A stretch of 64,000 nucleotides of DNA from Eledone cirrhosa (Eukaryota), in assembly GCA_964016885.1 (NCBI GenBank), contig OZ024741.1, positions 204,786,001-204,850,000 on the forward strand. Direction: 5' to 3'. The position numbers and the translations under genes were made by a program. The notes beneath the pieces were generated by a model. It made no database searches. It saw nothing but the letters and a program-made list of their open reading frames with translations, and was not told where the DNA came from. Below are positions 57,701 to 64,000 of the stretch, in pieces (position 1 is the stretch's first letter; each line of letters opens with the position of its first letter).

Positions 57701-59010
57701 GAGGGCACTTGCCCTGGTGGTCAGGGTCACCGTGGTTTTTTTTAATGGGCTTTCTCCTTGATGGCCCTTGGAAGTCTCCCCTCTATTTGGGAATTTTTCA
57801 TTGTTCTTTTTTTTGTTACATCCTCTGTTTTTTTTGTTTTTTTACAAGCAGAAATGCCCATTTGTACCGTCCTGTATTGTCCTGTACTGTCCTTAATGTC
57901 TACTTTGTGTAAACCCTTGTGGTTAATAAAGAAAGCATTATTATTATTATTAAAGTAGACATTATAAAGTACCAGTGATGCACTGAGTAATTGCTGGCCT
58001 TGTGCCTAAAGTAGAAACAATTATTATTAAAGTAGACATTAATTCAAACATTTTGGAAAATGTTCTACAATTTATTGCTGAAGATTAGCAAAAAAAGTCA
58101 TTATTGCTATCATCAGATTCACTACCACCACCACCACGATCCTCATCATCATCATCATGTCCATTTTTCCATGCTTGCATGGGTTAGATAGATCTCTATC
58201 ATAGCATCTCACCATTTATTGCAGTCCTTTATCATCTCATTTATGAGACTCATATTTCTGAGATCAACATTTATCATCTCTATTCATATGTTCATTGATC
58301 ATCCTCCATACACATCACATGTCCATACTAGTGCAGATTTCTCTTTTTTATACTACATCTGATACTTCTTAGACCCAGTTTTTATTGCAGTTCATTTATG
58401 CTCTATCGTTCATGAACTTTAAACCTCCAGAAGAGCATGTTTGATTCATAACATTTTGTGCCTTTATACTTCCTCAGCTTTCAATGCCAATGATTTGCTA
58501 CCATGCAACATTGTACTTTTGTAAATATGATTATAAACGAGCGTACAAACACTAAAGTATTTGAAAATATGAGCGTCCCAAATGCTGAAAATAACTTGAG
58601 ATAATAGTTGATCACTATAGATAATAGTTGAGAAAGCTGGGTAAATTACCCTTAGAGATGGAAAAAAAGTAGACTGAAGTACATTTGCATTACCATTTCG
58701 CTAAGGGATGACTGACACTTTCTTTCTTTTTAAGGATGCTATACTTTACAGCTTGGAAGTGAATACAGCTTATGAATTATCATAGATGCCTCTGTCCACT
58801 ATTTTGAATCTTTAAGTGTAATTTACCTAATTTTCTCAACTGCTATCTATAGTGATCAACTGTAATTACAATTATTTTCAGTGTTTAGGATGCTCACATT
58901 TTGAAATTTTAAACTAAAGTATATATTTTTGTAAATATTTATTTATATTACTTTATAGATTCCAAGAAAGAAAGAGAAACCAGGGGATTACTCAAATCTG
59001 CTGTTCAAAG
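45644..59010 (+). CDS. KTI12: Protein KTI12 homolog (Elongator-associated, PSTK-like P-loop ATPase), partial: first two coding exons
   Basis: join(45644-45791,58959-59010,...) gives MPLVILCGLPCSGKSTITQSLATYFREQSKNVDVVSNHSIGLDRNSVFA-D-SKKERETRGLLKSAVQR. The N-terminal MPLV..CG.P.SGKS Walker A motif and the DS.KE...RG.LKS.V.R segment are typical of KTI12. No further exon was found in the window. Confidence 0.9.
46712..46872 (+). mobile_element. tRNA-derived SINE (family 1)
   Basis: ATTGGCAGTATCCGTAGAGGGTCGGACGCCATGCTTT..CCTTGTGCCAAACGTAGAAACAATTA; aligns with 8553-8738. Confidence 0.8.
48334..48895 (-). mobile_element. Complete non-autonomous Helitron inserted in a family B MITE
   Basis: - strand reads A|TCTATATATCTAAAA..CCCGAGCAACACCGGG..CTAG|T: 5' TC, 3' hairpin plus CTAG, AT target, no TSD. 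The flanks rejoin as family B sequence TTTAGTAATATA|TGACTTTCTCATTATTAAGCTGG. Confidence 0.85.
50283..50474. mobile_element. piggyBac-type MITE family A
   Basis: TTAA-TCCTTTAGCATTTAAACCAGCC..GGG-TTAA. Confidence 0.75.
51621..53203 (-). mobile_element. Deleted Helitron retaining Rep/helicase N-terminal coding remnant
   Basis: 3' hairpin CCCAGGCAAAGCCGGG plus CTAG|T at 51621. - strand remnant MRSFGA..GYFTTFKIQGQCYHLTGSLL matches the Helitron FQMTSFGA..TFKIQGQ.YH..GSLL motif. 5' end TCTATATATAAAA with a (CTGT)n tract near 53160-53200. Confidence 0.8.
52348..52521 (-). mobile_element. tRNA-derived SINE (family 1) with long TSD, nested in the Helitron
   Basis: Reverse complement of 8553-8738, flanked by ATACACCGTAGATTAATTT(A/C)AAATAGT at 52321 and 52522. 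Confidence 0.85.
53940..55540 (+). mobile_element. Highly degenerate RTE-clade LINE
   Basis: EEGSRLLDF, GQIDFILT, EECTTQH (endonuclease); PTEGAPIKIDSSMVDKAIKDMKVGK; 3' part WREAVLEKT. Confidence 0.8.
55899..56095. mobile_element. piggyBac-type MITE family A (reverse orientation)
   Basis: TTAA-CCTTTTAGCATTTACATT..GAGGTGAGAGAATTTTGGCCGGATA..TTAAATG. Confidence 0.72.
56200..56880 (+). mobile_element. RTE-clade LINE 3' fragment with an about 95-bp interruption
   Basis: EVVDSFCYLS..FRELL / PLLTTKGFS..MLHGSESWAL..VQERRLHWY. Confidence 0.8.
57040..57500 (+). mobile_element. CR1-type LINE 3' end
   Basis: LGMDSLKLRL..HAYKVRKQHSSHDFRKHFF(T)FRVAEAWNKLPASVVS..SFK, followed by a 3' UTR and (TTA)n tail. 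Confidence 0.8.
57565..57935 (+). mobile_element. 5'-truncated Tx1/L1-clade LINE end (related to 3558-4605)
   Basis: KIRVEREVLSSQHFVERWVREAR matches RIRMERDVLYPSKFYERWVKVAR at about 4270. Same terminus CC.TGTGG.TAATAAAGAAA. Confidence 0.75.
57964..58020 (+). mobile_element. 5'-truncated SINE family 1 tail with TSD
   Basis: TAAAGTACCAGTGATGCACTG..CCTTGTGCCTAAAGTAGAAACAA flanked by TTATTATTAAAGTAGACATTA on both sides. Confidence 0.75.
58555..58912. mobile_element. Fold-back MITE-like element with about 130-bp imperfect inverted arms
   Basis: AGTTGATCACTATAGATAATAGTTGAGAAA versus TTTCTCAACTGCTATCTATAGTGATCAACT; ATATGAGCGTCCCAAATGCTGAAAATAA versus TTATTTTCAGTGTTTAGGATGCTCACAT. A related arm lies at about 24490-24580. 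Confidence 0.7.
58959..59010 (+). CDS. KTI12: KTI12 coding exon 2 (52 nt)
   Basis: CTTTATAG|AT TCC AAG AAA GAA AGA GAA ACC AGG GGA TTA CTC AAA TCT GCT GTT CAA AG|GTAATA. The phase matches exon 1. Confidence 0.88.
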
Positions 59011-59739
59011 GTAATATTCTTTTTCTTAAATAATTTTTTAGATAACTTTCTTTTAAATACAGAACATCATCATCTTTACATCCGTTTTCCACACTAGCAT
59101 GGATTGTCACAGTTTGAGACCAGATGGGTTGGAGCAATCTCATCTTGCTCATATGTTCTATAACTTGGCATGGTTTCTATGGCTGAATGTCCTTTATAGC
59201 ATATACTGTGCACGTTTTATTGTGGCACCAGCACTAAAACTTTACTGGGTGGATTGGGTCCGTTTTATCATGGCACCAGCACTAGAGTTCTATTGAACCT
59301 TATATTGTCTCTCTTCACTCACCAAACACTCTAGTCTCTTAACCATATTTACTTTTAGAGTTGTAATGCTTGTACAGTGGTCAGTTTTTTTGTATATTGC
59401 CAGTCTACTCAGCCCTATGACTTTTATGTTCACATATTCTTCCTTCTTTCACTCACATATTCACCCATTCAAAATATATGGGTGACTATAAAAAGTTGAT
59501 AGAAATTTGGAGGAATTAAGCTGGTATTTGGATCATTATAAACACAGATTTTTACATAAAATGGAAAATTTATATTTAATCCTTTCATTATCATATTTTT
59601 CTGGTGAAAGACACTGTCTATGATTTTCAAATCATTTCGAAAATAATCAAGAATTTGGAGCGATTTAGTAAAATAACTTTCTCAACATTTTTACGTAAAA
59701 TTATGACTGAAAGTTTTTAGATAAATATAGATAATTTAA

Positions 59740-59918
59740 CCCATTAGCATTTAAACCAGCCGTATCCGACTAGAATTCGCTCACCTCTTTCTGTTCAAAC
59801 TGGCTGTAACCAGCTGCTCATACTGATGTTAAAATCTCATACATTCAATATTATGTGAGATAAAGCCTTTGCTGTGAAAATATAATAGTAAATATAGAGT
59901 AGTATAAATGCTAAAGGG
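59740..59918. mobile_element. piggyBac-type MITE family A nested in a family B copy
   Basis: TTAA-CCCATTAGCATTTA..TAAATGCTAAAGGG-TTAA. Confidence 0.85.
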
Positions 59919-61044
59919 TTAAGATAAACAGTTTAGTATCATAGAACCAGGGGTGGTTTTAGGTAGTTTAGATAAATATAAACTTATGTATGACTGTATG
60001 GTATGGTTAAGAAGTTTGCTTTGGAATTATGTGGCATCATTGGGAACTGTCTTCTATAGTTTTAGGCCAACCAATATAGATGGAAACTGAAGAAGCATCA
60101 TCAACATTTAACATCCATTTTCATATGGGAAAACTACTATACTGAATTGTCATTATTCATGAACAATAAACCATCATTAAAATGTTTGATTTCTTTTATA
60201 GTGAACAGAGTAATCATCACATAGCTAAAACTGTAGTATATGTAGTATATCATCATCTTCATCACCACCACCACTACTTGATAGGAAGAGGGTGGCATGA
60301 GTGGCTTGTTTGTTTTGTGGACCTGAAAAGAAACGGACATGTGCGATTGCTTGATAGCAGTCTGGGAATATTCACATGTTTAGGTTTAGTTGTTTAGATG
60401 TAATGTATTGAATTGTTTTGCGCCTACCTGTAGACACTAACACATCCAGGCTATCAGGTATTGTAAAATACTTTATCGTACCCATAGGTCTCTAGTTTAG
60501 GGAATAGAGTTCATGCTTGTGAAACATCAGAGAACAAATACAAATGTTCATAAATCTACACTCATACATACAATAACACCTACCTGATTATTTTGCATAT
60601 ACTCTCAAGTTTTGAATAATTGTGTGTGTCCGTGTATTAATTTTTCAGATTTTTTTCCAACCCCACCACTTATTATATTTTGCTAATCTATCGAAATTTT
60701 ATTGTAAGTGATTCATATTGATACATCAGCTGGAGAATCTAATAGTAATTTTATTTTACTTTAAAAAACACATTATATATGACAAAAAAAGAACATTACA
60801 AGAAATTCCATATTTATGAACACACACTATACAATTACCGATTTCCACCCCCGTTTATTCCAACCCCCTGCTTATAAGAATTTAAGCAAATGTCCACCCC
60901 ACCCCCATCTTACCCCCTTTCCCCCAATTATTTGTGACCCGTAAGTAGGTACATGTCTAAATGGGAGTGAAGCAGATTGGAAATTATCTATCAGTTGCTA
61001 GCAGGAGAGCATTATCATTATTATTGTCCTTATCATTATCATTA

Positions 61045-61195
61045 TCATGCTTTACAGCATAGAGTTACGGCCCTTTACAGTCCGAGTTCAAAATCCCGTC
61101 AAGGTTAACTTTGCCTTTCGTCCTTATGAGGTTGATAAAATAAAGTACCGATAATTGCTGGCCTTGTGTCAAAAGTAGAAACAATTATCATTATC
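61045..61195 (+). mobile_element. tRNA-derived SINE (family 1), 5'-truncated
   Basis: CATGCTTTACAGCATAGAGTTACGGCCC..GAGTTCAAAATCCC..CCTTGTGTCAAAAGTAGAAACAATTATC. Confidence 0.8.
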
Positions 61196-63178
61196 ATTGT
61201 CATTATTTAACATCATCTTTCCTAGCTAGCAAGGATTAAATGAGTCATCATAGACTAAGTCAGTATTTAATCAGAGACACTGAACTCTCAGACGGCCAGG
61301 GGCCTGCATCTCACTTACTGAGTGCACCTGGTGCAGTTTATTATGGCATCAGCACTAGGAAGGTTGCCATGTCTGACACAGATCATAAGTCCTGACTCTT
61401 TGTTTGGCAAATTTTCTATGGCTAGATGCCTTTTCTATCACCAACCACTTTACTGGGTTACTGAGTGCATTTTGTTGTGTGGATCAGCAACACCAGAGAG
61501 GATGTGATGCCTGTGACATGACTGATGAGTCCTTATAAATAAATAAGACTTGTCTATAAGGTGAGATTTGGAGCAGGTGGTAGAGGCTCCTGGAGAATTG
61601 ATAAGGTTAGATGGCATGTTGCTGTGAAAAAGAAGCAAGATAATATTTATATAAACCATTATTGCAATGGTGTGTAGCAAATAATATACCGCAACATACA
61701 CCCTAGGTCATCATAGTACATTTGCACACACTATTATGCATCGACACTGGCAGATACACACCTAGGTCCACACAGCACATATGCACAAATGAGTACAACT
61801 GCACACTAATTTCACCAGCAGACCCAACTAGCACCCAGAAATACGCACAGAACTAGCTTTTATTGAAGCACACGTGCTGACGGAGCCACACTGAAATACA
61901 CATAACATCATTCAACAAAATAAAATTAACAGTACACACAACCAGTACATAAGCAGCTCATCTTGCACCTACCCAAACTGTACATTCAATCTTTAAGCCA
62001 CATACGTTTACTCCTAAATAGGTACACACTACATTTTTCTAATAGCGACATTAAAACGACAACACTCATACAAGCAGTCCATTACAGGTACCCAAGACAA
62101 ACATAGGTCCACTACATTGCATAATCAATATTAATTACCCACTCCACCTACCCCACTATAAATACATGAAATATAATCACCACCACCCACGAACAACTGC
62201 TCACACACACGCAGCAGTTGGGCGGCATAAACAAACTTACATACAAGCTCAATAAGTAACTTATATAGACATATGTACACACACCACCTACACACATAGA
62301 CTTTTCGACCTTGTAGTACTAGAACTCATTGAAATTTACAATATCAAAATAAAATAAAAATGTTTTAATCCACCTGTAATTTAAGTATTTTAAGTGTTTA
62401 GCACCATAAACAGTAACAACTACAAAAAAATTATATTTTACAAACACTAACATACATACTGATATATATCAAGTGCCATATACATGCATATTCACAGCCA
62501 TAACCCCTCCCCCACTTTTAACTCCGTAGTACCACGAAATGTAGATATTTTGATCTAATCAAATGTTTACTTCTAACCATAATCTAAGTGTTGTGTTACC
62601 TTAATTACCAGTAAATAAACTCGAACTTATAAATCCTCTAGCAATTACAAAAACAATACCAACTAGATGTTCCTTGATTTTTCAGATATCCTTTTGTTGA
62701 CAGATATGTTTAATTAGTCAATCAGTGAAATGGACAATTCTTTGAATAGGGTGACCTATTGGTGGTTCTGATGCCAATTTCATAGTTCTGTTGCCTGAAG
62801 GTTGTGATAATCAAGCCTGCTGGCAGACATACACACACCCTCAAATATTTTCGATAAATATAATTCTACCTCCTCTTAATGATTATTCTATGTCAAGTTG
62901 AACAGGCAGATACACTCGGATATGCACATAGATGCACACATACGTGTACACACTCACTAAGTTACATATCTACACACACACAACCACTCCCCAAACATAA
63001 AAAAAAATGTTAAATGCTTCTATGAGGAAAATTTACAATGTGATGAATAATGAATACGCTTATATGAACAAATCATGCCCCTGATGATACAGCCAGTAGA
63101 TCATGAAGCCCTACAGCAAACAGTCTGGGACTAGTTGTTGAAATGGCAAGAGCTCAGCTGTCAGGTCCTGACACTTTA

Positions 63179-63222
<44 letters not shown>

Positions 63223-63353
63223 CAGCTGAGAGAAAAGAGTACTGAGTACTGAAGTGGAGTTTTAATATTCATTTTATTAAGGCTAAATAGTGTAAGTCTT
63301 GTTACTCTGTGGAGTTTCACCTGTTTATCATACACGCACGCGCACACACACAC

Positions 63354-63384
<31 letters not shown>

Positions 63385-63405
63385 ATCAAAATGTTGGAAG
63401 ATTAA

Positions 63406-63612
63406 CCCTTTAGCATTTAAACCGGCCATATCCAGCCAGAATTCTCTCTCTTCTTCTGTTCAAACCAGCTTAAACGACCGCTCATACTGATGTTGTTAAG
63501 GTATTGTTCTCAAATTAAATAATATTAAAATCTCAGATTCGATATTATGTGAGATAAAGTCTTTACCATGAAAATATAATAGTAAATGTAAAGTAATTTA
63601 AATGCTAAAGGG
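63406..63612. mobile_element. piggyBac-type MITE family A, intact ends
   Basis: Perfect TIR CCCTTTAGCATTTAAA / TTTAAATGCTAAAGGG with TTAA on both sides (63402-63405, 63613-63616). Confidence 0.9.
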
Positions 63613-63887
63613 TTAAGGGTTTCTATACAATGTTATTGTCGCTAATATTGCAAATAGAAAATTAGACATGAAAAAACTTTTGAGAAGTTTTTCTAACCAA
63701 GACTGGTCAAGTACAAAAGAACAAAACTATTTCCTTTTGATGTGAAAAACATTTTTGTTGTTGTTGTGTACTATAGATGTAACATATAACATATTAAATA
63801 AAAACACATTAGGTGGTTCTTTTCAAATTTTTTATATTTTTCCTATAAAACATGATTTGTATAGAAACCCTTAATCTTCCAACATTT

Positions 63888-63890
<3 letters not shown>

Positions 63891-63983
<93 letters not shown>
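63891..63983. repeat. (TC)n microsatellite
   Basis: About 46 TC units with one interruption. Confidence 0.95.
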
Positions 63984-63986
<3 letters not shown>

Positions 63987-64000
63987 AGGCCCTTTCCACC

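Noticed and set aside
62686-62715. Candidate KTI12 exon 3 after TTTTTCAG
   Set aside because: In the required phase it reads YPFVDRYV-stop and lacks the expected D..NYIKG.RY motif; exon 3 probably lies beyond the window.

Overview
AT-rich, intron- and transposon-rich animal DNA. The repeat landscape (RTE LINEs, tRNA-derived SINEs, (TA)n/(CAT)n/(TTA)n microsatellites) suggests an octopus or other coleoid cephalopod; this taxon call is inference. Two spliced + strand genes can be built by hand. (1) A complete 8-exon ANP32-family gene (CDS 33587-39921, 277 aa: LRR domain, acidic tail, KKRK NLS) with a CCAAT-box promoter. (2) The first two coding exons of KTI12 (45644-45791 and 58959-59010), separated by a 13.2-kb intron and continuing past the window end. 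The rest is mostly nested transposon sequence: an open Penelope-like RT frame missed by the ORF track (1-1135, - strand), several RTE, Tx1/L1 and CR1 LINE fragments, a hAT-Charlie element splitting an RTE, a mariner relic, three Helitrons, two piggyBac-type MITE families and SINEs. The best leads are a candidate poison micro-exon and a YY1-motif cluster in ANP32 intron 1, an extra symmetric acidic exon in ANP32, a recurrent MITE-in-MITE composite, several fold-back structures, and orphan promoter-like regions. I see no clearly new enzymatic system; most ORFs in the supplied track are spurious.
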